The notes beneath the pieces are model-generated. The model saw only the letters and a list, made by a program, of their open reading frames with translations, was not told the origin of the DNA and did not search any database. From Thalia democratica (Eukaryota), in contig OZ241833.1 of NCBI GenBank assembly GCA_965202585.1, forward strand, positions 50,220,001 to 50,284,000: 64,000 nt of DNA. Direction: 5' to 3'. Below are positions 39,941-51,707 of this stretch, piece by piece (within the stretch, counting starts at the first letter, position 1; every line of letters begins with the position of its first letter). Made by a program: the position numbers and the translations under genes.

Positions 39941-40669
39941 ATGAAACAAAACGATGAAAAACACTTAGCACCACGAAACTCCGACGATGAAACCAGCAAA
40001 ACGTCGAAAGAAGATTCAGAAAAAGAAAAACCAATTTTGTTTGACAGAGAAGATTTAGTAGTGAAAGAGTTGTTACAAGAATGAGGGTGCGGCTGCGTGT
40101 GCAACGCCACTTATAAAAACAAAAATGTCGTTGTCAAGACTTCATTAGCTGAAAGCAAAGACAAATACATTTTGCGGGAGTACGAGTTCCTGAAAATTCT
40201 CCAACAGGAAAACGTTCGCGGCATTCCAAAGATCGGTCCGAGATTTGTTCATGAGGAAAGGCAGAGTTTTGTTTTGGAAAAACTCGGAAAGGACCTGTTT
40301 GATAAAAGAGAAGAGACGAGAAAGGAAAAGTTTTCGTTGAAGACCACGGTGAAGGTAGCCTTGCAAGTGTTGAAAATACTGAATCACGTCCACAGCTGTG
40401 GCATCGTTCACAACGACATCAAATCTGAGAACCTCATGACAGGATTATTCGATCAAAACACGATCTACCTGATTGACTTCGGGCATTCAACATTCTACGC
40501 GAAAGACGGAGAGCACGTTAGAGACGAGCGCAGCGGGAAATTGCGCGGAACCCTGGCTTACATGTCAGTGAACAGCCTGAAACTGAGAAATCAGAGCCGA
40601 AATTTGATGATATGCGGACAGAAAATGAAAAATCAAAGAAGTTGTAAAAACTGTGAAATTATAAAATGA
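39941..40669 (+). pseudogene. CK1-like fragment, type D
   Basis: Period 1501; same translation. Confidence 0.9.
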
Positions 40670-41441
40670 AAGGTTGACTAAAAAGATGCTTGATGAAAAT
40701 TTACACAATAACAGTTTAAAAGAGTTTTATTAAGAATCAGCCTGGTTTGATGGGCCAGTTTAAAAAATGGTCAAATTAGCACGTCAGCGTGATATTTTCA
40801 ATTTTTCAACCCAACCCAAAAACATGCTAGAAAGCAGGCCATGGCCAACATGAGCAGTAATTGTGTATTTTTAGTTCATTTAAATGTTCAAAAATTGTTT
40901 TATTAAGCATTTTATAGTTCATTTTCACTTAAAAGTGCAAAAAAATGAATTTTCACTAATTTTCTTAGTTTTTGCTTGTTTTTCACAATTCTTTCACTTA
41001 AACATGTTGAAAAACAAGCTATTTGTTGGTTAAAGTCATTTAAAAGTGATGTTTCAATGTATTCATACAGTTAATCCTCTTTTATTTGGAAAAAATTTGG
41101 TCCACAGGCATGTGCATAGAATCATACAATTTTATGTTGAAAAAATTTGCATAATTTTGTGTAGCTTGCGTTGACAACACTAAACATTCGACTTGTGAAA
41201 ATTCGACGAAGTTGCTGTTATCAAGTTCTTGAATAATATATTTTAACTAGTATTTAGAAAGTAAAATATATGCACACTTATCTTTATAAAATTTATAGCG
41301 ATAATTATTTTCAATGAATTGTTTCTTACTGAGTTTAAATTTAATTGTTAACTAAAATTTGATATTAAATTACAGCAATATAATTCACTAAATAATTTTA
41401 AGTTTTTTAATTTTTTAAAGATAATAATCTATAATAAATCT

Positions 41442-42170
41442 ATGAAACAAAACGATGAAAAACACTTAGCACCACGAAACTCCGACGATGAAACCAGCAA
41501 AACGTCGAAAGAAGATTCAGAAAAAGAAAAACCAATTTTGTTTGACAGAGAAGATTTAGTAGTGAAAGAGTTGTTACAAGAATGAGGGTGCGGCTGCGTG
41601 TGCAACGCCACTTATAAAAACAAAAATGTCGTTGTCAAGACTTCATTAGCTGAAAGCAAAGACAAATACATTTTGCGGGAGTACGAGTTCCTGAAAATTC
41701 TCCAACAGGAAAACGTTCGCGGCATTCCAAAGATCGGTCCGAGATTTGTTCATGAGGAAAGGCAGAGTTTTGTTTTGGAAAAACTCGGAAAGGACCTGTT
41801 TGATAAAAGAGAAGAGACGAGAAAGGAAAAGTTTTCGTTGAAGACCACGGTGAAGGTAGCCTTGCAAGTGTTGAAAATACTGAATCACGTCCACAGCTGT
41901 GGCATCGTTCACAACGACATCAAATCTGAGAACCTCATGACAGGATTATTCGATCAAAACACGATCTACCTGATTGACTTCGGGCATTCAACATTCTACG
42001 CGAAAGACGGAGAGCACGTTAGAGACGAGCGCAGCGGGAAATTGCGCGGAACCCTGGCTTACATGTCAGTGAACAGCCTGAAACTGAGAAATCAGAGCCG
42101 AAATTTGATGATATGCGGACAGAAAATGAAAAATCAAAGAAGTTGTAAAAACTGTGAAATTATAAAATGA
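41442..42170 (+). pseudogene. CK1-like fragment, type D
   Basis: Period 1501; same translation. Confidence 0.9.
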
Positions 42171-42942
42171 AAGGTTGACTAAAAAGATGCTTGATGAAAA
42201 TTTACACAATAACAGTTTAAAAGAGTTTTATTAAGAATCAGCCTGGTTTGATGGGCCAGTTTAAAAAATGGTCAAATTAGCACGTCAGCGTGATATTTTC
42301 AATTTTTCAACCCAACCCAAAAACATGCTAGAAAGCAGGCCATGGCCAACATGAGCAGTAATTGTGTATTTTTAGTTCATTTAAATGTTCAAAAATTGTT
42401 TTATTAAGCATTTTATAGTTCATTTTCACTTAAAAGTGCAAAAAAATGAATTTTCACTAATTTTCTTAGTTTTTGCTTGTTTTTCACAATTCTTTCACTT
42501 AAACATGTTGAAAAACAAGCTATTTGTTGATTAAAGTCATTTAAAAGTGATGTTTCAATGTATTCATACAGTTAATCCTCTTTTATTTGGAAAAAATTTG
42601 GTCCACAGGCATGTGCATAGAATCATACAATTTTATGTTGAAAAAATTTGCATAATTTTGTATAGCTTGCGTTGACAACACTAAATATTCGACTTGTGAA
42701 AATTCGACGAAGTTGCTGTTATCAAGTTCTTAAATAATATATTTTAACTAGTATTTAGAAAGTAAAATATATGCACACTTATCTTTTTAAAATTTATAGC
42801 GATAATTATTTTCAATGAATTGTTTCTTACTGAGTTTAAATTTAATTGTTAACTAAAATTTGATATTAAATTACAGCAATATAATTCACTAAATAATTTT
42901 AAGTTTTTTAATTTTTTAAAGATAATAATCTATAATAAATCT

Positions 42943-43671
42943 ATGAAACAAAACGATGAAAAACACTTAGCACCACGAAACTCCGACGATGAAACCAGCA
43001 AAACGTCGAAAGAAGATTCAGAAAAAGAAAAACCAATTTTGTTTGACAGAGAAGATTTAGTAGTGAAAGAGTTGTTACAAGAATGAGGGTGCGGCTGCGT
43101 GTGCAACGCCACTTATAAAAACAAAAATGTCGTTGTCAAGACTTCATTAGCTGAAAGCAAAGACAAATACATTTTGCGGGAGTACGAGTTCCTGAAAATT
43201 CTCCAACAGGAAAACGTTCGCGGCATTCCAAAGATCGGTCCGAGATTTGTTCATGAGGAAAGGCAGAGTTTTGTTTTGGAAAAACTCGGAAAGGACCTGT
43301 TTGATAAAAGAGAAGAGACGAGAAAGGAAAAGTTTTCGTTGAAGACCACGGTGAAGGTAGCCTTGCAAGTGTTGAAAATACTGAATCACGTCCACAGCTG
43401 TGGCATCGTTCACAACGACATCAAATCTGAGAACCTCATGACAGGATTATTCGATCAAAACACGATCTACCTGATTGACTTCGGGCATTCAACATTCTAC
43501 GCGAAAGACGGAGAGCACGTTAGAGACGAGCGCAGCGGGAAATTGCGCGGAACCCTGGCTTACATGTCAGTGAACAGCCTGAAACTGAGAAATCAGAGCC
43601 GAAATTTGATGATATGCGGACAGAAAATGAAAAATCAAAGAAGTTGTAAAAACTGTGAAATTATAAAATGA
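42943..43671 (+). pseudogene. CK1-like fragment, type D
   Basis: Period 1501; same translation. Confidence 0.9.
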
Positions 43672-44443
43672 AAGGTTGACTAAAAAGATGCTTGATGAAA
43701 ATTTACACAATAACAGTTTAAAAGAGTTTTATTAAGAATCAGCCTGGTTTGATGGGCCAGTTTAAAAAATGGTCAAATTAGCACGTCAGCGTGATATTTT
43801 CAATTTTTCAACCCAACCCAAAAACATGCTAGAAAGCAGGCCATGGCCAACATGAGCAGTAATTGTGTATTTTTAGTTCATTTAAATGTTCAAAAATTGT
43901 TTTATTAAGCATTTTATAGTTCATTTTCACTTAAAAGTGCAAAAAAATGAATTTTCACTAATTTTCTTAGTTTTTGCTTGTTTTTCACAATTCTTTCACT
44001 TAAACATGTTGAAAAACAAGCTATTTGTTGATTAAAGTCATTTAAAAGTGATGTTTCAATGTATTCATACAGTTAATCCTCTTTTATTTGGAAAGAATTT
44101 GGTCCACAGGCATGTGCATAGAATCATACAATTTTATGTTGAAAAAATTTGCATAATTTTGTATAGCTTGCGTTGACAACACTAAACATTCGACTTGTGA
44201 AAATTCGACGAAGTTGCTGTTATCAAGTTCTTAAATAATATATTTTAACTAGTATTTAGAAAGTAAAATATATGCACACTTATCTTTTTAAAATTTATAG
44301 CGATAATTATTTTCAATGAATTGTTTCTTACTGAGTTTAAATTTAATTGTTAACTAAAATTTGATATTAAATTACAGCAATATAATTCACTAAATAATTT
44401 TAAGTTTTTTAATTTTTTAAAGATAATAATCTATAATAAATCT

Positions 44444-45172
44444 ATGAAACAAAACGATGAAAAACACTTAGCACCACGAAACTCCGACGATGAAACCAGC
44501 AAAACGTCGAAAGAAGATTCAGAAAAAGAAAAACCAATTTTGTTTGACAGAGAAGATTTAGTAGTGAAAGAGTTGTTACAAGAATGAGGGTGCGGCTGCG
44601 TGTGCAACGCCACTTATAAAAACAAAAATGTCGTTGTCAAGACTTCATTAGCTGAAAGCAAAGACAAATACATTTTGCGGGAGTACGAGTTCCTGAAAAT
44701 TCTCCAACAGGAAAACGTTCGCGGCATTCCAAAGATCGGTCCGAGATTTGTTCATGAGGAAAGGCAGAGTTTTGTTTTGGAAAAACTCGGAAAGGACCTG
44801 TTTGATAAAAGAGAAGAGACGAGAAAGGAAAAGTTTTCGTTGAAGACCACGGTGAAGGTAGCCTTGCAAGTGTTGAAAATACTGAATCACGTCCACAGCT
44901 GTGGCATCGTTCACAACGACATCAAATCTGAGAACCTCATGACAGGATTATTCGATCAAAACACGATCTACCTGATTGACTTCGGGCATTCAACATTCTA
45001 CGCGAAAGACGGAGAGCACGTTAGAGACGAGCGCAGCGGGAAATTGCGCGGAACCCTGGCTTACATGTCAGTGAACAGCCTGAAACTGAGAAATCAGAGC
45101 CGAAATTTGATGATATGCGGACAGAAAATGAAAAATCAAAGAAGTTGTAAAAACTGTGAAATTATAAAATGA
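44444..45172 (+). pseudogene. CK1-like fragment, type D
   Basis: Period 1501; same translation. Confidence 0.9.
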
Positions 45173-45944
45173 AAGGTTGACTAAAAAGATGCTTGATGAA
45201 AATTTACACAATAACAGTTTAAAAGAGTTTTATTAAGAATCAGCCTGGTTTGATGGGCCAGTTTAAAAAATGGTCAAATTAGCACGTCAGCGTGATATTT
45301 TCAATTTTTCAACCCAACCCAAAAACATGCTAGAAAGCAGGCCATGGCCAACATGAGCAGTAATTGTGTATTTTTAGTTCATTTAAATGTTCAAAAATTG
45401 TTTTATTAAGCATTTTATAGTTCATTTTCACTTAAAAGTGCAAAAAAATGAATTTTCACTAATTTTCTTAGTTTTTGCTTGTTTTTCACAATTCTTTCAC
45501 TTAAACATGTTGAAAAACAAGCTATTTGTTGATTAAAGTCATTTAAAAGTGATGTTTCAATGTATTCATACAGTTAATCCTCTTTTATTTGGAAAGAATT
45601 TGGTCCACAGGCATGTGCATAGAATCATACAATTTTATGTTGAAAAAATTTGCATAATTTTGTATAGCTTGCGTTGACAACACTAAACATTCGACTTGTG
45701 AAAATTCGACGAAGTTGCTGTTATCAAGTTCTTAAATAATATATTTTAACTAGTATTTAGAAAGTAAAATATATGCACACTTATCTTTTTAAAATTTATA
45801 GCGATAATTATTTTCAATGAATTGTTTCTTACTGAGTTTAAATTTAATTGTTAACTAAAATTTGATATTAAATTACAGCAATATAATTCACTAAATAATT
45901 TTAAGTTTTTTAATTTTTTAAAGATAATAATCTATAATAAATCT

Positions 45945-46673
45945 ATGAAACAAAACGATGAAAAACACTTAGCACCACGAAACTCCGACGATGAAACCAG
46001 CAAAACGTCGAAAGAAGATTCAGAAAAAGAAAAACCAATTTTGTTTGACAGAGAAGATTTAGTAGTGAAAGAGTTGTTACAAGAATGAGGGTGCGGCTGC
46101 GTGTGCAACGCCACTTATAAAAACAAAAATGTCGTTGTCAAGACTTCATTAGCTGAAAGCAAAGACAAATACATTTTGCGGGAGTACGAGTTCCTGAAAA
46201 TTCTCCAACAGGAAAACGTTCGCGGCATTCCAAAGATCGGTCCGAGATTTGTTCATGAGGAAAGGCAGAGTTTTGTTTTGGAAAAACTCGGAAAGGACCT
46301 GTTTGATAAAAGAGAAGAGACGAGAAAGGAAAAGTTTTCGTTGAAGACCACGGTGAAGGTAGCCTTGCAAGTGTTGAAAATACTGAATCACGTCCACAGC
46401 TGTGGCATCGTTCACAACGACATCAAATCTGAGAACCTCATGACAGGATTATTCGATCAAAACACGATCTACCTGATTGACTTCGGGCATTCAACATTCT
46501 ACGCGAAAGACGGAGAGCACGTTAGAGACGAGCGCAGCGGGAAATTGCGCGGAACCCTGGCTTACATGTCAGTGAACAGCCTGAAACTGAGAAATCAGAG
46601 CCGAAATTTGATGATATGCGGACAGAAAATGAAAAATCAAAGAAGTTGTAAAAACTGTGAAATTATAAAATGA
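45945..46673 (+). pseudogene. CK1-like fragment, type D
   Basis: Period 1501; same translation. Confidence 0.9.
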
Positions 46674-47445
46674 AAGGTTGACTAAAAAGATGCTTGATGA
46701 AAATTTACACAACAACAGTTTAAAAGAGTTTTATTAAGAATCAGCCTGGTTGGATGGGCCAGTTTAAAAAATGGTCAAATTAGCACGTCAGCGTGATATT
46801 TTCAATTTTTCAACCCAACCCAAAAACATGCTAGAAAGCAGGCCATGGCCAACATGAGCAGTAATTGTGTATTTTTAGTTCATTTAAATGTTCAAAAATT
46901 GTTTTATTAAGCATTTTATAGTTCATTTTCACTTAAAAGTGCAAAAAAATGAATTTTCACTAATTTTCTTAGTTTTTGCTTGTTTTTCACAATTCTTTCA
47001 CTTAAACATGTTGAAAAACAAGCTATTTGTTGATTAAAGTCATTTAAAAGTGATGTTTCAATGTATTCATACAGTTAATCCTCTTTTATTTGGAAAGAAT
47101 TTGGTCCACAGGCATGTGCATAGAATCATACAATTTTATGTTGAAAAAATTTGCATAATTTTGTATAGCTTGCGTTGACAACACTAAACATTCGACTTGT
47201 GAAAATTCGACGAAGTTGCTGTTATCAAGTTCTTAAATAATATATTTTAACTAGTATTTAGAAAGTAAAATATATGCACACTTATCTTTTTAAAATTTAT
47301 AGCGATAATTATTTTCAATGAATTGTTTCTTACTGAGTTTAAATTTAATTGTTAACTAAAATTTGATATTAAATTACAGCAATATAATTCACTAAATAAT
47401 TTTAAGTTTTTTAATTTTTTAAAGATAATAATCTATAATAAATCT

Positions 47446-48147
47446 ATGAAACAAAACGATGAAAAACACTTAGCACCACGAAACTCCGACGATGAAACCA
47501 GCAAAACGTCGAAAGAAGATTCAGAAAAAGAAAAACCAATTTTGTTTGACAGAGAAGATTTAGTAGTGAAAGAGTTGTTACAAGAATGAGGGTGCGGCTG
47601 CGTGTGCAACGCCACTTATAAAAACAAAAATGTCGTTGTCAAGACTTCATTAGCTGAAAGCAAAGACAAATACATTTTGCGGGAGTACGAGTTCCTGAAA
47701 ATTCTCCAACAGGAAAACGTTCGCGGCATTCCAAAGATCGGTCCGAGATTTGTTCATGAGGAAAGGCAGAGTTTTGTTTTGGAAAAACTCGGAAAGGACC
47801 TGTTTGATAAAAGAGAAGAGACGAGAAAGGAAAAGTTTTCGTTGAAGACCACGGTGAAGGTAGCCTTGCAAGTGTTGAAAATACTGAATCACGTCCACAG
47901 CTGTGGCATCGTTCACAACGACATCAAATCTGAGAACCTCATGACAGGATTATTCGATCAAAACACGATCTACCTGATTGACTTCGGGCATTCAACATTC
48001 TACGCGAAAGACGGAGAGCACGTTAGAGACGAGCGCAGCGGGAAATTGCGCGGAACCCTGGCTTACAGTGAACAGCCTGAAACTGAGAAACCAAAGCCGA
48101 AATTTGATGATATGCGGACAGAAAATGAAAAATCAAAGAAGTTGTAA
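47446..48147 (+). pseudogene. CK1-like fragment, D/B recombinant
   Basis: Type D body with TGA; type B tail (AYSEQPETEKPKPKF...). Confidence 0.9.
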
Positions 48148-48942
48148 AAACTGTGAAATTATAAAATGAAAGGTTGACTAAAAAGACGCTTGATGAAAAT
48201 TTACACAATAACAGTTTAAAAGAGTTTTATTAAGAATCAGCCTGGTTTGATGGGCCAGTTTAAAAAATGGTCAAATTAGCACGTCAGCGTGATATTTTCA
48301 ATTTTTCAACCCAACCCAAAAACATGCTAGAAAGCAGGCCATGGCCAACATGAGCAGTAATTGTGTATTTTTAGTTCATTTAAATGTTCAAAAATTGTTT
48401 TATTAAGCATTTTATAGTGCATTTTCCACTTAAAAGTGCAAAAAAATGAATTTTCACTAATTTTCTTAGTTTTTGCTTGTTTTTCACAGTTCTTTCACTT
48501 AAACATGGTGAAAAACAAGCTATTTGTTGGTTAAAGTCATTTAAAAGTGATGTTTCAATGGATTTATACAGTTAATCCTCTTTTATTTGGAAAAAAATTG
48601 GTCCACAGGCATGTGCATAGAATCATACAATTTTATGTTGAAAAAATTTGCATAATTTTGTATAGCTTGCGTTGACAACACTAAATATTCGACTTGTGAA
48701 AATTCGACGAAGTTGCTGTTATCAAGTTCTTAAATAATATATTTTAACTAGTATTTAGAAAGTAAAATATATGCACACTTATCTTTATATAATAGATATC
48801 GATAGCTATTCTCAATAAATTGTTTCTTTCTGAGTTTAAGTTTAATTGTTAATAAAAATTTGATATTCAATTACAGCAATATAATTCACTAAATTATTTT
48901 AAGTTTTTTAATTTTTTAAAGATAATAATCTATAATAAAGCT

Positions 48943-49863
48943 ATGAAACGAAACGAAAAAAAATACTTAGTACCACGAAACTCCGACGAAGAAACCAGCA
49001 AAACGTCGAAAGAAGATTCAGAAAAAGAAAAACCAATTTCGTTTGACAGAGAAGATTTAGTAGTGAAAGAGTTGTTACAAGGTTGAGGGTGCGGCTGCGT
49101 GTACAACGCCACTTATAAAAACAAACATGTCGTGGTCAAGACTTCATCAGCTGAAAGCAAAGACAAATACATTTTGCTGGAGTACGAGTTCCTGAAAATT
49201 CTCCAACAGGAAAACGTTCGCGGCATTCCAAAGATCGGTCCTAAATTTGTTCATAAGGAAAGGCAGAGTTTCGTTGTGGAAAAACTCGGAAAGGACCTGT
49301 TTGATAAAAGAAAAGAGACGAGAAAGGACAAGTTTTCGTTGAAGACCACGGTGAAGGTAGCCTTGCAAGTGTTGAAAATACTGAATCACGTCCACAGCTG
49401 TGGCATCGTTCACAACGACATCAAATCTGAGAACCTCATGACGGGATTATTCGATCAAAACACGATCTACCTGATTGACTTCGGGTATTCAACATTCTAC
49501 GTGAAAGACGGAGAGCACGTTAGAGACGAGCACAGCGGTAAATCGCGCGGAACCCTGGCTTTCAGATCAGTGAACAGCCTGAAACAGAGAAATCAGAGCC
49601 GAAAGGACGATCTCGAGTCTTTGGCCTACAACCTCGTGGAACTGTTGACTGGTAAACTGCCTTGGGATGCAGTTGAAAGGAATAACAAAATAAGCAAGGA
49701 GGAAAAAGAGAAGCTGTTGATAGAATGCAAAGAGAAGCCCGCAGAGGAAATTTGCAAAGGAATGCCCAAAGAGTTGGCTTACAGTGAACAGCCTGAAACT
49801 GAGAAACCAGAGCCGAAATTTGATGATATGCGGACAGAAAATGAAAAATCAAGGAAGTTGTAA
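48943..49863 (+). pseudogene. CK1-like fragment with part of the C-lobe (RKDDLESLAY...LPW...CKGMPKE), an in-frame TGA and an internal back-jump
   Basis: TGA 49084-49086; after gcccaaagagtt (49775) the sequence returns to ggcttacagtgaac. Confidence 0.9.
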
Positions 49864-50703
49864 AAACTGTGAAATTATAAAATGAAAAGTTGACTAAAAA
49901 GATGCTTGATATAAAGGAAAATGGTAAGCAAGGAATCATTAAGCTGAATCAAATTGAAAATTTACACAATAACAGTTTAAAAGAGTTTTGTTAAGAATCA
50001 GCCTGGTTTGATGGGCCAGTTTAAAAAATGGTCAAATTAGCACGTCAGCGTGATATTTTCAATTTTTCAACCCAACCCAAAAACATGCTAGAAAGCAGGC
50101 CATGGCCAACATGAGCAATAATTGTGTATTTTCAGTTCATTTAAATGTTCAAAAATTGTTTTATTAAGCATTTTATAGTGCATTTTCCACTTAAAAGTGC
50201 AAAAAAATGAATTTTCACTAATTTTCTTAGTTTTTGCTTGTTTTTCACAGTTCTTTCACTTAAACATGGTGAAAAACAAGCTATTTGTTGATTAAAGTCG
50301 TTTAAAAGTAATATTTCAATGTATTTATGCAGTTAATCCTCTTTTATTTGGAAAAAATTTGGTCCACAGGCATGTGCATAGAATCATACAATTTTATGTT
50401 GAAAAAATTTGCATAATTTTGTATAGCTTGCGTTGACAACACTAAACATTCGACTTGTGAAAATTCGACGAAGTTGCTGTTATCAAGTTCTTAAATAATA
50501 TATTTTAACTAGTATTTAGAAAGTAAAATATATGCACACTTATCTTTATATAATAGATAGCGATAGCTATTCTCAATAAAATGTTTCTTACTGAGTTTAA
50601 ATTTAATTGTTAATTAAAATTTGATATTCAATTACAGCAATATAATTCACTAAATTATTTTAAGTTTTTTAATTTTTTAAAGATAATAATCTATAATAAA
50701 GCT

Positions 50704-51707
50704 ATGAAACGAAACGAAGAAAAATACTTAAAGAAGGAGGGTGCGAAATAAGAAGAAAAATACTTAGTACCACGAAACTCCGACGAAGAAACCAGCAAAA
50801 CGTCGAAAGAAGATTCAGAAAAAGAATTGGAAAAACCAATTTTGTTTGACAGAGAAGATTTGTAGTGAAAGAGTTGTTACAAGAAGGAGGGTGCGGCTGT
50901 GTGTACAACGCCACTTATAAAAACAAACATGTTGTTGTCAAGACTTCATCAGCTGAAAGCAAAGACAAATACATTTTGCAGGAGTACGAATTCCTAAAAA
51001 TTCTACAAAAGGAAAACGTTCGCGGCATTCCAAAGATCGGTCCTAGATTTATTCATGAAGAAAGGCAGAGTTTCGTTGTCGAAAAACTCGGAAAGGACCT
51101 GTTTGATAAAAGAGAAGAGACGAGAAAGGACAAGTTTTCGTTGAAGACCACGGTGAAGGTAGCCTTGCAAGTGTTGAAAATACTGAATCACGTCCACAGC
51201 TGTGGCATCGTTCACAACGACATCAAATCTGAGAATCTCATGACAGGATTATTCGATCAAAACACGATCCACCTGATTGATTTCGGGTATTCAACATTCT
51301 ACGTGAAAGACGGAGAGCACGTTAGAGACGAGCACAGCGGTGAATCGCGCGGAACCCTGGCTTTCAGGTCAGTGAACAGCCTGAAACTGAGAAACCAAAG
51401 CCGAAAGGACGATCTCGAGTCTTTGGCCTACAACCTCGTGGAACTTTTGACTGGTAAACTGCCTTGGGATGCAGTTGAAAGGAATGACAAAATAAGCAAG
51501 GAGGAAAAAGAGAAGCTGTTGATAGAATGCAAAGAGAAGCCCGCAGAGGAAATTTGCAAAGGAATGCCCAAAGAGTTTGCACTTTTCCTCAAAGAAGCCA
51601 GAAGTTTAAAGTTTGATCAGAAGCCGGATTACGATATGTACTGCGGATTGTTTGAAAAATTACTGAACAAAAACGAAAACGATAGTCGGATTAATTGGAA
51701 ACGTTAA
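50704..51707 (+). pseudogene. Terminal CK1-family Ser/Thr kinase copy: complete kinase domain (open 50865-51707, 280 aa from GTG) with a disrupted 5' end
   Basis: CK1 hallmarks: HNDIKSEN, LIDFG, GTLAFRSVN (SIN-type motif, no APE), SRKDDLESLAY, GKLPW, EICKGMPKEF, RSLKFDQKPDY. There is a 36-bp insertion with TAA at 50749-50751 and a 1-nt deletion near 50861. Confidence 0.85.

Noticed and set aside
31167-49086. Selenocysteine or alternative-code reading of the in-frame TGA
   Set aside because: It replaces a conserved Gly (GGA in other units) by a single substitution, co-occurs with frameshifts in some units, and I saw no convincing SECIS; a shared nonsense mutation is simpler.
631-51582. Minus-strand ORFs of 60-125 aa repeated in every unit (MNDATAVDV..., MALYTQPHP..., MCKFSSSV...)
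   Set aside because: Antisense shadows of the kinase frame; no recognisable motifs, and they recur only because the units are duplicated.
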